A stretch of DNA of 64,000 bases from positions 192,001 through 256,000 of the forward strand of contig CAVVOP010000008.1 in the NCBI GenBank assembly GCA_963749915.1, given 5' to 3'. Made by a program: the position numbers and the translations under genes. The notes under the pieces were generated by a model. It saw only the letters and a list, made by a program, of their open reading frames with translations. It searched no databases and was not told the origin of the DNA. The stretch comes from an uncultured cyanobacterium (lineage in GTDB: Bacteria > Cyanobacteriota > Cyanobacteriia > Cyanobacteriales > Cyanobacteriaceae). This document shows positions 51,915-62,121 of the stretch, piece after piece; positions within the stretch are counted from its first letter, which is position 1, and every line of letters starts with the position of its first letter.

Positions 51915-53105
51915 ATGAATACCTCAACCTTGCCGAAATCCTCTTTAAAAATTCGTTCTATACAGTATCGTGATCTAAATTCTGTTTCTGCTTTATTACA
52001 ACAAAGTTTGTCTATCGAGTTTAACATTCGTCAAGCGGTTTTGTTGGAGAAGCTACAAAAATATCAAAGTTTTTACGGATTATTGCAGTTATCAAAATTA
52101 TTCCCCATCCCCTTAAACACGGATTTTTATGTTTATGTAGCGGAAAAAGACGAACAAATACAAGGTTTAATACAAGTTGCTCCTTTTAACCATACCCGTA
52201 GCACGTGGAAAGTGGAGCAAGTCTTAATTAATTATAATACTTCTATCAGTCATTTACTCATTGGTAATCGTAGCATCGGTTCACAACTTTTACGACACTG
52301 TTTTGAGAAAATTTGGGAAGCCAGAACATGGATACTAGAAGTTAATATCAATGAAAAAAATACCCTTGGTTTATATCGAGAAAATGGATTTCAACCTCTT
52401 GCACAAATGACCTATTGGCGTTGCAAACCAGAAATATTAGCAAAACTAGCACAACAAGAGCCAAATTTACCCAATTTATTACCCGTTAGTAATGCCGATG
52501 CAAAACTACTTTATCAATTGGACTGTGTTTCTATGCCTCCAATGTTACGACAAATATTTGATCGCCATATAGAAGACTTCAAGGTGGGATTAGGTCGCTT
52601 TATTTGCCAAAAAATTCAGGCATGGTTAAACAACATCGAGGAAATTAGTGCTTATGTATTTGAACCCCAGAGAAAAGCCGCCATCGGCTATTTCAAACTA
52701 TACCTATCAAAAGATGGAAGTAAACCCCACGAGGCCCTATTAACAGTACATCCGGCCTATACATGGCTTTATCCAAAACTCATCAGCCAAATGGCAACGG
52801 TAATTAAAACTCTACCCTCTCAATCTCTGTTCGTCTCTTCTTCCGACTATCAACCCGAAAGAGAAGAATATCTCGAAAAATTAGGTGCGGAAAGAATCGA
52901 TCAAAATTTATTAATGTCACGTTCAGTATGGCATAAACTTAGAGAGGCAAAACATCTAGAATCTCTTAATTTACCCGAAGTATTAAACGGGTTAAAACCG
53001 GCACATACTCCCATCCCGACCCCTTGGATTAAATCATGGTTAGAAAGTACTTATAATTCACCTTCTTTAACCAACCACAAGGACACAAATAGTACTCAAG
53101 AGTAA
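51915..53105 (+). CDS. GNAT family acetyltransferase (conserved cyanobacterial)
   Basis: IGSQLLRHC, LYRENGFQPLAQ.TYW, LMSRSVWHKLRE. Confidence 0.85.
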   Translation: MNTSTLPKSSLKIRSIQYRDLNSVSALLQQSLSIEFNIRQAVLLEKLQKYQSFYGLLQLSKLFPIPLNTDFYVYVAEKDEQIQGLIQVAPFNHTRSTWKVEQVLINYNTSISHLLIGNRSIGSQLLRHCFEKIWEARTWILEVNINEKNTLGLYRENGFQPLAQMTYWRCKPEILAKLAQQEPNLPNLLPVSNADAKLLYQLDCVSMPPMLRQIFDRHIEDFKVGLGRFICQKIQAWLNNIEEISAYVFEPQRKAAIGYFKLYLSKDGSKPHEALLTVHPAYTWLYPKLISQMATVIKTLPSQSLFVSSSDYQPEREEYLEKLGAERIDQNLLMSRSVWHKLREAKHLESLNLPEVLNGLKPAHTPIPTPWIKSWLESTYNSPSLTNHKDTNSTQE

Positions 53106-53178
53106 AATTATAGGGGTTTTCGTTTGGGTAGAACACTATATTTGTATTGGTAAATATCATTCGCCCAAATCTCAGAAC

Positions 53179-54096
53179 TCAGTTTAGACAAGCAAGAATA
53201 GTTTGCTCAACAGATTCTGCTAAGGCTTCTAAATGGTATCCCCCTTCAAGTCCAAAGACAATTTTTTTAGTAAGATTTAGACAATGTTTTGTTAATGTAT
53301 AGTAGTCTTGGGGAAACAAAGAGACTCCTGCTAAAGGATCTAAATGATTAGCGTCATACCCAGCACTGATGATTAATAAATCTGGTGCAAATTTGCTGAC
53401 AAAGGGAATTACTTTCTCTTGGAAGTATAACTCATATTCCTTGATGGTGCTGCCCGCTTTCACGGGAATATTTAAGACATTATCATAAAAACCCCGATCA
53501 CTTTCTTTTCCTGTGCCGGGGTAACATGGATACTGATGTAAAGAACAGTAAATAATGTGAGGATTATGGGCAATAATGTCCTCCGTCCCGTTACCGTGGT
53601 GGACATCCCAATCTAAAATTGCCACCTTTTGAACTCCATTTTGACTCAAGGCATAATTAGCGGCGATCGCCGCATTGGAAAATAAACAAAAACCCATTCC
53701 CATCTTCGCAGTGGCGTGATGCCCTGGAGGACGGGCTAAAATAAAACAAGGCTCATTACTACTCAAAACTTGATTAACACCGTCTAACCATGCACTCACC
53801 GCCAATAAAGCCACATCATAGCTTTTTACGGAAACGGGAGTATCTTCATCTAACTTTCCACCTCCTCGTTTGGCGATGGTTTTAATTTGCTGGATATAAT
53901 TAACATCATGGATTTTTGACACCCACTCCATCGCCTCACTTTCATTTACGGGGGTCGGTTCTAACCAGTGTAGCCTGTCACTCCCTAAACTAGCGAGTAA
54001 ATTTGTGCGAATAGCCGTCAATCTTTGGGGCGATTCAGGATGATACCTGCCGGTTTTATGATCTAAAAACTGCTCCGAGAAAATAATTCTTAACAT
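53179..54096 (-). CDS. Histone deacetylase/AcuC family amidohydrolase
   Basis: HPE..RL, RPPGHHA, DWDVHHGNGT, SAGYD, LEGGY. Confidence 0.95.
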   Translation of the reverse strand: MLRIIFSEQFLDHKTGRYHPESPQRLTAIRTNLLASLGSDRLHWLEPTPVNESEAMEWVSKIHDVNYIQQIKTIAKRGGGKLDEDTPVSVKSYDVALLAVSAWLDGVNQVLSSNEPCFILARPPGHHATAKMGMGFCLFSNAAIAANYALSQNGVQKVAILDWDVHHGNGTEDIIAHNPHIIYCSLHQYPCYPGTGKESDRGFYDNVLNIPVKAGSTIKEYELYFQEKVIPFVSKFAPDLLIISAGYDANHLDPLAGVSLFPQDYYTLTKHCLNLTKKIVFGLEGGYHLEALAESVEQTILACLN

Positions 54097-54172
54097 TACC
54101 AGTAAAACAGTTAATTATCATCTGAATTCTAACATTTTTTGCCTCTCATTCTAGATTTTTGGCAAAATTCTC

Positions 54173-54201
54173 TTGACAAAATCAAAAATATGGTATATAT
54201 T
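54173..54201 (+). promoter_or_regulatory. Near-consensus sigma70 promoter TTGACA-N17-TATATT
   Basis: -35 at 54173-54178, -10 at 54196-54201; predicted start about 54208; no credible downstream CDS on the + strand. Confidence 0.7.
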
Positions 54202-54207
54202 TTACTT

Positions 54208-54270
54208 GTGTGGGGAGCGAACCAGTTAGAGAGTCGAGACGAAACAAGGTCAGTCGTCGATTCTCTTTCT
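54208..54270 (+). ncRNA. Yfr2-like cyanobacterial small RNA
   Basis: 5' GTGTGGGGAGCGAACCAG, then hairpin AGAGAGTC-GA-GACGA-[AACAAGGTCAG]-TCGTC-GATTCTCT; matches recalled Yfr2 motifs; directly behind a strong promoter. The 3' end is approximate. Confidence 0.65.
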
Positions 54271-54366
54271 GAAAGAAAATTCTCCAACATCAATAATCGC
54301 CACAACAACAACGCCCTACCTCAAAAAAGGGGGTAAGACGTGGACCGGATGAATGGATAATTAAAA

Positions 54367-54942
54367 TTAGTTAGAAGTTTGGGCTGCAAACATTTCTTTC
54401 AATTTACTCAACTCATTCGCCCAACGGGGATCAGGCTGGACAGATTCGGACGCCGACAGGGGCTTATTTCCTTTGGGCTTGGCTTTACTGCGAGCTTTCT
54501 TGGTAGTAGCCTTCTTAGGTCCTTCACGACGACTGGGCTTGACAGTGTCAGTCTCCACGGGGGTAACAACTTCATTTACTGTGTCTAATTCTTTTACTGT
54601 GCCTAATTCACCGTCACCAGTTTCGGTGGCAGTGGCATTTTCTTCTTTATCCCCTTTAGTGCGAGGTAAGGCTTTTTCAATCAATAGGATAAAATCGGCA
54701 CCGTTTTCATCCTTAAAAGGTTCGTCATTGTAAATAAAAACCTGATTATTGTATCTACCGATAAATTGATCTGCATCTTCATCGGTAGGTACTGTTACAA
54801 ATCCAAATCCACGACACTCATTTTTTTTACGTTCTTTAATCAGTTTAGTAGTGAAAGAGGGTTCAAATTCACTAAACATTTTTTCAAAGCCTTCTTTTTC
54901 TAATTCTGCTTTGGGTAATTTAACATAAAGACGTACAGACAT
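54367..54942 (-). CDS. RRM RNA-binding protein (Rbp3-like)
   Basis: MSVRLYV (RNP2), CRGFGFVTV (RNP1), IEKALPR, QPDPRWA.EL. Confidence 0.88.
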   Translation of the reverse strand: MSVRLYVKLPKAELEKEGFEKMFSEFEPSFTTKLIKERKKNECRGFGFVTVPTDEDADQFIGRYNNQVFIYNDEPFKDENGADFILLIEKALPRTKGDKEENATATETGDGELGTVKELDTVNEVVTPVETDTVKPSRREGPKKATTKKARSKAKPKGNKPLSASESVQPDPRWANELSKLKEMFAAQTSN

Positions 54943-55481
54943 CGAGGTTTCCTCCTAATTTTTTATGTTGCAATTAATTTTTCTAAGATTTATAAAGTTG
55001 CCACAGATCGACTCGAATCTTCACAACAAACCGGCTAGTAAACTCTTTTGAATCACTAACTGCTCATTTTTGATTATTAAATTGTGTCTCATCATCCCAC
55101 AAAGACGCAAGTGTCATTGATTGCTTTACTATCAACTTAATTATCAGAATTTTATTTAATTTGTTTTTTAATCGAGAATAATCTGGGGTTTTTTAAATGT
55201 TTGACCTTTACTATAAGCTATCTTCTGACCTTTAGATCCTAACACACTTATAATTGCCTATTAAGTCGAATTTATTTTTCTAGGGAATTTTTAAATTTAC
55301 CCCATAGAAAAATTATGGAACTATAATAAGTATTTATACTCATTGTTCAAAATGAGCAGTTCAGCAATTTTTGCTATGATATTCATTAAAGTAGTTATTT
55401 TAAACAAGGAAAGTGTTTCTGGACTTACCCTTGATCAAGAATAACAAGTTTTAGTTCTAAAGTAAAGGAGAATCTAAGATT

Positions 55482-55658
55482 ATGTCTAATTCAATGGGAT
55501 TATCATTAGAGCAACAATTCAATTTACGTTCTTTTCAAACTCAGGTAGAAAACATGAGTAGAGAACAGGCAACGGATTTTTTAATCAAGTTGTACGAAGA
55601 GATGTTAGTTAGGGAAAATATTTACAAGGATGTCCTCAAGCATCAATGGGGACTTTAG
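55482..55658 (+). CDS. nblA: Phycobilisome degradation protein NblA (58 aa)
   Basis: Not in the ORF track. MSNSMGLSLEQQFNLRSFQTQVENMSREQATDFLIKLYEEMLVRENIYKDVLKHQWGL*; AAGGAG RBS. Confidence 0.95.
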   Translation: MSNSMGLSLEQQFNLRSFQTQVENMSREQATDFLIKLYEEMLVRENIYKDVLKHQWGL

Positions 55659-55954
55659 CAATGAACAATTGGGAATGAGGATTTAATAAAATAGCAAAGT
55701 TGACGTTTCAACACTTGGAAAATTTAGTCATCGGAAAAACAAGTTTCTTAAGTCATTTTGTCCCCGTTCCCTAACAATTAACAATTAAAAATTTATCAAC
55801 TATCAAGGGGGTTTAATATCTTTAACCCCTACAATCAACTGTTAATTATTGTCCTGCCATGGTTTGACGGAAACAATGAGTTGCCATAGGGTATCCAGAA
55901 AAAGAAAAGATCTCGAGGCTAGGCAACGCCCACCAGTTAGGAAGACTACAAGAT

Positions 55955-56785
55955 TTAATTATTGACGACTAACTTATAAATTTCCCGGCGAGATAAGTTG
56001 GTATATCTTGCTAAGTGTTGGCTGGCTTGGGTTTTACTCATGCCTTGTTTTAATAATTTGTCGATTTCTTGTTTAATTTCCGTCGCTGATAGTTCTATTT
56101 GTTCTTTTTCGTTATTTCCTTCCACAATAATGGTATATTCTCCCTTTGGTTCATGATTTTGATAAAATTCCATGGCTTTTTGAAGACTACCTCGCCAAAA
56201 ATCTTCATGAAGTTTAGTTAATTCTCTTGCCAAACTAATGTTTCTATTTACTCCGAAAAATTGAGCCAAATCTGCTAAGGTTTTCTCTAAACGATGAGGG
56301 GCTTCATAAAAAATCAGGGTGCGTTTTTCTCCTTGTAATTTGTTTAATAAATCATCTCTTAATTTCTTTTTCGTGGGCAAAAATCCTTCAAAACAAAATT
56401 TTTCTGTGGGTAGTCCTGATGCCACTAATCCGTTGATAGCGGCGATCGCCCCCGGGATTGGTATAATTTTAATGTTAGACTCAATACAAGCCAATACTAA
56501 ATGATAACCCGGATCAGAAATAGCGGGTGTTCCCGCATCGGTGACTAAGGCAATATTTAAACCTTCTAAGAGTTTTGTTGATAATTCCGTGACTCTAGCT
56601 TGATGATTGTGCTGATGATAACTGATAGTCGGAGTTTTGATTTGATAATGTTGTAATAATTTAGCCGTATGTCGAGTATCTTCGGCAGCGATTAAGTCAA
56701 CGGTTTGTAAGATTTCGATCGCACGAAATGTAATGTCTTTTAAATTGCCGATGGGAGTAGCCACAAGGTAAAGTATTCCTGTCAC
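55955..56785 (-). CDS. rsmI: 16S rRNA C1402 2'-O-methyltransferase
   Basis: LYLVATPIGNL.DIT, AEDTR, DAGTPAISDPG, RELTKLHE. Confidence 0.96.
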   Translation of the reverse strand: MTGILYLVATPIGNLKDITFRAIEILQTVDLIAAEDTRHTAKLLQHYQIKTPTISYHQHNHQARVTELSTKLLEGLNIALVTDAGTPAISDPGYHLVLACIESNIKIIPIPGAIAAINGLVASGLPTEKFCFEGFLPTKKKLRDDLLNKLQGEKRTLIFYEAPHRLEKTLADLAQFFGVNRNISLARELTKLHEDFWRGSLQKAMEFYQNHEPKGEYTIIVEGNNEKEQIELSATEIKQEIDKLLKQGMSKTQASQHLARYTNLSRREIYKLVVNN

Positions 56786-56797
56786 AGTAATTTTTAG

Positions 56798-57394
56798 TTA
56801 TTCGCTAATTCTTGAAGTTGAGGGGATGAAATGGCACTGGGTATCAAGGGCTTTTGATAATAATTTCATATATTCTTTGTTATCAATGATATATGATCCA
56901 AATCTTTCGAGATGGGGATTTTGCATTTGGGCATCTAATAAAACAAAATTTTGCGATCGCAAATGTTCAACTAATTTAACCATTGCAACCTTAGAGGCAT
57001 CAGGAATCTTAAAAAACATTGATTCACCAATAAAGGCACCTCGAATAACAATACCTAAGATACCCCCTGCTAATTGATCATTTTGCCATGTTTCAAAACT
57101 ATAAGCCCAACCGGCACGATTTAATTCCAGATAAATATCAATTAATTCTCGAGAAATCCAAGTTGTCTTTCGATGGGCACAACCTCGACAAACTCCCAAA
57201 AAATCATGATTAATAGCCACAGAAAAGGTATTTTTATTTAATACCCGTTGTAAAGACTTAGGATAACGAAAGCGATTATCCAGGGGAATTAATGTTCTTT
57301 GGTGGCTAGAATACCACGCCAACTGTTGATAATCGTCAGCCATTAAAAAATTACCGTGAGCATACCCCTGAATAATAGAGGGAATATCGATCAT
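56798..57394 (-). CDS. aat: Leucyl/phenylalanyl-tRNA--protein transferase
   Basis: TWIS, AFIGESMF, ASKVA, LLDAQ..NPHL. Confidence 0.93.
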   Translation of the reverse strand: MIDIPSIIQGYAHGNFLMADDYQQLAWYSSHQRTLIPLDNRFRYPKSLQRVLNKNTFSVAINHDFLGVCRGCAHRKTTWISRELIDIYLELNRAGWAYSFETWQNDQLAGGILGIVIRGAFIGESMFFKIPDASKVAMVKLVEHLRSQNFVLLDAQMQNPHLERFGSYIIDNKEYMKLLSKALDTQCHFIPSTSRISE

Positions 57395-57453
57395 AACTGC
57401 GGAACCAAATATATATAATTTCTAATAAAGGAAACATATATTATTATTTAATC

Positions 57454-57786
57454 ATGTCTCAACCTATTCCTCCTATTGTTTTACCACCCCTAGAAAATGC
57501 CGATGTTGAACAAATTTGGCTCAAAACCAATTTACATCAGTGGTTAGATGAACAATTTATCCCTGAAGTTATTAATGAGACTATTGCCTCAAGGGCGGCT
57601 CAAATCTTTATCCGTCAACGCTTAGAAGGGGAAAACGATCTCGGTTCGCTGGTTATTGCTATAGTAACTGAAATGCAATCTTTTGACTTTCAAAAAAGTT
57701 TTTATAGTGAATTTGCCATCGCTAATGCTGTCAGTGATTTAGTTCTCAAAAGTCTGGGCATTAACTCCTGTTGTGGGGAAGACTAG
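57454..57786 (+). CDS. Conserved cyanobacterial hypothetical protein
   Basis: WLDEQFIPE, RQRLEGENDL, F.IANAVSDL. Confidence 0.75.
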   Translation: MSQPIPPIVLPPLENADVEQIWLKTNLHQWLDEQFIPEVINETIASRAAQIFIRQRLEGENDLGSLVIAIVTEMQSFDFQKSFYSEFAIANAVSDLVLKSLGINSCCGED

Positions 57787-57948
57787 TGGTAGAATGCAGA
57801 ATCAAAAACCCTTTTAAGTTGGGAAAATTGAGTTTTATTATGAAAAAGTAAGACGGAGAAAATAGAGGCAACTTAACTATATGCAAAAAATCAACTTTAT
57901 AAGCAAATATAACAATAAAAAAACTAATAATATCAAGTAAAAATAGCG

Positions 57949-58992
57949 GTGGACTATTATAACTTTAACCCCTATCAAATAACTGTTAAAAATAATTGTT
58001 TTTTCGGCTTACCTACCACCATCGAAGATAGCAAAATAGTCTTTTTAAGTGTACCTTGGGACGCTACTGTTTCTTACGGTGAAGGTACAGCCAAAGGACC
58101 TCAAGCCATTCTTGACGCTTCCTACCAATTAGACTGGTATGATTTTGATTTACCCCAAGCATGGGAAAAAGGTTATGCCACCATCCCCATTGATAGGGAA
58201 ATTCAGGCAAAAAGTGAAGCAACAAGGGCGATCGCAAAAAAAGTGATAGACTATTTAGAATCAGGAAATGATCTTAATGACAAAGCCATCGCTTCAGAAT
58301 TGGCAACGGTAAATCAAGCAAGTACAGAATTAAATAACTGGGTCTATACTCAATGTAAAACTTTGTTATCTCAAGGCAAACTAATCGCTTTAATCGGTGG
58401 CGATCATAGTGTGCCCTTAGGTTACATGAGGGCTCTTACAGAATCTCATCAAGAATATAGCATTTTACATGTAGATGCCCATGCAGACTTACGAAAAGCT
58501 TACGAAGGCTTTACTTACTCTCACGCTTCTATTATGTATAATATCTTGCAATTGCCAAATATTAGTAAATTAGTCCAAGTGGGCATTCGGGATTTATGTC
58601 AGGAAGAAATGGATAAAATTCAAAATGAAAATCGTATTGTTTTATTTGATGATTGGCAGTTAAAAAATAATATTTATCAAGGAATGTCATGGCAACAACA
58701 ATGTCAAAATATTATCTATAATTTGTCAGAAAAAGTTTATATTAGTTTTGATATCGATGGATTAAATCAAGCATTTTGCCCGAATACTGGCACCCCCGTT
58801 GCTGGTGGTTTAGACTTTAATCAAGCCATCTATTTAATACAAACTTTGGTTAAATCTGGGAAGAAAATTATTGGTTTTGATCTTTGTGAAGTAGCTCCTA
58901 GTAAGGTAAATGAAGATCAATGGGATGGTAATATTGGAGCTAGATTACTTTATAAACTCACAAATTTAATGTACCTTTCTCAGAATCATTAA
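57949..58992 (+). CDS. speB: Agmatinase (ureohydrolase family)
   Basis: GGDHS, DAHAD, SHAS, SFDIDG, PNTGTP..GG, DLCEV. Confidence 0.88.
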   Translation: MDYYNFNPYQITVKNNCFFGLPTTIEDSKIVFLSVPWDATVSYGEGTAKGPQAILDASYQLDWYDFDLPQAWEKGYATIPIDREIQAKSEATRAIAKKVIDYLESGNDLNDKAIASELATVNQASTELNNWVYTQCKTLLSQGKLIALIGGDHSVPLGYMRALTESHQEYSILHVDAHADLRKAYEGFTYSHASIMYNILQLPNISKLVQVGIRDLCQEEMDKIQNENRIVLFDDWQLKNNIYQGMSWQQQCQNIIYNLSEKVYISFDIDGLNQAFCPNTGTPVAGGLDFNQAIYLIQTLVKSGKKIIGFDLCEVAPSKVNEDQWDGNIGARLLYKLTNLMYLSQNH

Positions 58993-60803
58993 TTTTCGCT
59001 CTGCATAGGAAATTTAGGAATAGAGGCGATTAGTTTTCGGGTATATTCTCTTTGAGGATTGTCGATTATTTGCGTCGCTGTGGACATTTCTTCAATTTGT
59101 CCTTGATTCATTACCATTATACGATCGCTCATAAATTTGACAACACTTAAATCATGGGAGATGAAAATATAAGTTAAGCCAAATTCTGCTTGCAACTCTT
59201 TGAGTAGATTTAACACCTGGGCTTGAATGGACACATCTAGTGCCGATACCGACTCATCGCAGATGACTAATTGAGGATTCAAAGCTAATGCTCTAGCAAT
59301 ACAGACCCTCTGGCGTTGCCCTCCTGATAACTCGTGGGGATAACGGTCAAACCAGTGAGGATTCAAGCCGACTCTATCAAGTAAATATCTAACTCTTTCT
59401 TGGCGTTTTTTGTTATTCCCACCCATGCCGTGAATTACCATCGGCTCAATGATGGTATTGCCGATACTGATGCGGGGATTGAGAGAATTATAGGGATTTT
59501 GGAAAACAATTTGCATTTCTCGGCGTAATTGCCTTAAATGCTTACTTCTGGGGGCTAATGTGGTTAAGTCTTGCCCTAAAAACTCGATTTTGCCGGCCTC
59601 GGTGGGAATTAACCTTAAAATAGTGCGAGCTAAGGTGGATTTACCACACCCTGATTCTCCCACTAAGCCTAAAGTTTCCCCTGGAAATACTTGAAAACTA
59701 ACATTATTCACAGCCCAAAAATATTCTTTGTGCCAAGGTAATGATCCTTGTTTGGGGAATCCAACCCTTAATTTTTCCACCGTCAGCAGGGCTTGATTGA
59801 GCTTTATTTCCCTTGGATTTACCGCCAATGAGGGGGAGGGAACGGCGATGGTCGTCTCTTGATTATCAGCCATAAAATCCGCTACAGTGGGCAAATAAGC
59901 ACGAGTTTCTTCTAAACGAGGGCGACAAGCGAGTAAACCTTTAGTATAGGGTTGTTGAGGATTAAAGAGAATTTCTCTGGTTTTGGCGTATTCAACGATT
60001 TTTCCTTGATACATTACCGCTAAACTATCGGCGATATTGGCAACCACCGCTAAGTCATGGGTGATGAAAATTAGGGACATTTGCCGACTACGGCATAATT
60101 CTTTTAACAATTCTAAGATGGTAGCTTGCACTGTCACATCTAAAGCCGTAGTAGGTTCATCGGCAATTAAAATACTCGGTTGACAGGAAATAGCGATGGC
60201 AATCATGACCCTTTGTAATTGTCCGCCACTCATCTCATGGGGAAAACGTTTTAAAATTGCTCGTTTGCGCTGGTTGAGATATGATTGAATTTCTTTTTCG
60301 GAAGGATTTTTAAGGATATTTTGTTGTAAAAATTCTGCCGTTAATTCTTCATCCCTGGGTAAAAGTTTTACTTCCTGTAATAAATTGATAGCCCTTCCCG
60401 TCGCTTCCAACTCCGAAATATTTTGATGTAAACGGATAGCTTCGGTGATCTGAAAACCAATATTATAAACGGGGTTTAGTGAACTCATGGGTTCTTGAAA
60501 TATCATCGCGATCTTGCCACCACGATAATGTCTTTTTGCCTCCTCAGACAAAGAAACGATATCAACGGGGGGATTAGCTTGATTATCGTGGAAGTAAATT
60601 TCACCGCCGCTAATTTTTCCTGATGATGGCAATAACCCCATAATACCAAGAGATGTCACAGATTTTCCCGAACCAGATTCTCCCACAATGCCTAAAGTTT
60701 CGCCTTTTGCTAGAGATACACTGATTTTATCCACGGCAATGGTAGCTTGACCCTCATCATTAGTAAAAATTACTTGTAAGTTACAAATATCAAGAATAGT
60801 CAT
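58989..60803 (-). CDS. Oligopeptide/dipeptide ABC transporter, fused double ATPase
   Basis: GESGSGKS and GESGCGKS Walker A motifs; MSGGQLQR and LSGGQRQR. Confidence 0.95.
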   Translation of the reverse strand: MTILDICNLQVIFTNDEGQATIAVDKISVSLAKGETLGIVGESGSGKSVTSLGIMGLLPSSGKISGGEIYFHDNQANPPVDIVSLSEEAKRHYRGGKIAMIFQEPMSSLNPVYNIGFQITEAIRLHQNISELEATGRAINLLQEVKLLPRDEELTAEFLQQNILKNPSEKEIQSYLNQRKRAILKRFPHEMSGGQLQRVMIAIAISCQPSILIADEPTTALDVTVQATILELLKELCRSRQMSLIFITHDLAVVANIADSLAVMYQGKIVEYAKTREILFNPQQPYTKGLLACRPRLEETRAYLPTVADFMADNQETTIAVPSPSLAVNPREIKLNQALLTVEKLRVGFPKQGSLPWHKEYFWAVNNVSFQVFPGETLGLVGESGCGKSTLARTILRLIPTEAGKIEFLGQDLTTLAPRSKHLRQLRREMQIVFQNPYNSLNPRISIGNTIIEPMVIHGMGGNNKKRQERVRYLLDRVGLNPHWFDRYPHELSGGQRQRVCIARALALNPQLVICDESVSALDVSIQAQVLNLLKELQAEFGLTYIFISHDLSVVKFMSDRIMVMNQGQIEEMSTATQIIDNPQREYTRKLIASIPKFPMQSEN

Positions 60804-60867
60804 AAGTAATAAATAATAAGTGGCAATAGGGAATAACTATAATATGATAATGGTTAATTGTTGATCA

Positions 60868-61350
60868 TTAATCAATGGCATTTCTTAAACCACAAGCTCC
60901 AGCATAGGCAATGGCGATGGCATCTACACTGTCATTAATGGGTAATTGTGGTAAATCAAAAATCTGTCGCAACATTTCTGCCACTTCATCCTTAGTGGCT
61001 CGACCACTACCCAGATGTGCTTTCCAACTGGCTTGGTGTAAGAAAATAGGGGTTATTTGGGCCTCACGATAACACACTAAATTAATCACCCCTAAGCCCT
61101 GTAAAACCTTGCCTGCAGACTTTATTTGCCGACTAAAAAAGGGCATTTCGATGGCAACACGATCTGGTTTAAACTCTTGGATTATACTTACAAAATCTGC
61201 TTCTAATTCCGCTAGACGCTCTCCTGTGGGCATACTTTGATAAGTTTCAATAATCCCGTATTCAATGATTTCGGGGGTTTTTGTTTCATCCCCTTCCAAA
61301 ATAGCCCAACCGATGATCGCCAATCCGGGATCAATTCCTAACCAAATCAT
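60868..61350 (-). CDS. ruvC: RuvC-family Holliday junction resolvase
   Basis: LGIDPG, AIE, G.ATK, DSVDAIAIA. Confidence 0.85.
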   Translation of the reverse strand: MIWLGIDPGLAIIGWAILEGDETKTPEIIEYGIIETYQSMPTGERLAELEADFVSIIQEFKPDRVAIEMPFFSRQIKSAGKVLQGLGVINLVCYREAQITPIFLHQASWKAHLGSGRATKDEVAEMLRQIFDLPQLPINDSVDAIAIAYAGACGLRNAID

Positions 61351-61383
61351 ATAGCAATTAATATTATTAAAGAAGTCTAATGA

Positions 61384-62100
61384 TCATGGCATCCACTCAA
61401 AACCAACACTAACCTGGGAGTCGTTTTGTTTGATAGAATTTTGCCAAGCGATTTCTGTGGATAAACGCAAATTTTTAGTTACGGCATAACCAACATTTAT
61501 TTGTGTAATACCTACCTCATCATTACTGGAAGGAGAAATAAAACTTTGAGAAAAAAATATATCTGCCGCACCTTGGGGTGAAAGGGCAAAAGCCACTCTC
61601 AACCCCACATTTACCCCCCCAGTATTATAACCGCTAGTTTCTATGTATTTATATCCCACCATCGGTGCAATATTGACATAATTTCCTAAGGGTAAAAGAT
61701 AATATTGTACGTTCGCCCCCACAGATAAACGATGACTTTTCGGATGAGAACTATTACTCAAATCACTGCTATAGTTAGCACTAAAAGTTAAAGGGGTATT
61801 GCCGATAAAAATATCTTCCGCCCCAACGAAAATCCCCCCAGAGTCATTATTAGAAGGAAATTGACTGTAACCAAAACGATATCGAGTACGGAAACTCGGT
61901 TGATGAAGAATTTTGGAGGAAATATCAGGAATTTCTTGTATCCATTGTTGAATAACGGGACTATTCTCGATAATTGAGGGATCTAAATCAAATTCTTGAC
62001 TTTTTTCAGGAACATTAACAGTTTCAGCCACAACCGCAGTTATCGTCATCGTGTTAATTACTGACAGTAAAATAAATAAAAATGTAGGAATAAAATTCAC
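61384..62100 (-). CDS. Hypothetical outer-membrane beta-barrel-like protein
   Basis: Signal-like N-terminus, SPVIQQW..P, alternating beta-strands, terminal FEWMP. Confidence 0.65.
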   Translation of the reverse strand: MNFIPTFLFILLSVINTMTITAVVAETVNVPEKSQEFDLDPSIIENSPVIQQWIQEIPDISSKILHQPSFRTRYRFGYSQFPSNNDSGGIFVGAEDIFIGNTPLTFSANYSSDLSNSSHPKSHRLSVGANVQYYLLPLGNYVNIAPMVGYKYIETSGYNTGGVNVGLRVAFALSPQGAADIFFSQSFISPSSNDEVGITQINVGYAVTKNLRLSTEIAWQNSIKQNDSQVSVGFEWMP

Positions 62101-62121
62101 AAAATTGAGTTGTTGGCAAAA

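Noticed and set aside
54129..54336. Tracked 60-65 aa ORFs over the HDAC-rbp3 gap
   Set aside because: Better explained by the promoter and Yfr2-like RNA.
55380..55481. NtcA box upstream of nblA
   Set aside because: No convincing GTA-N8-TAC found by eye.
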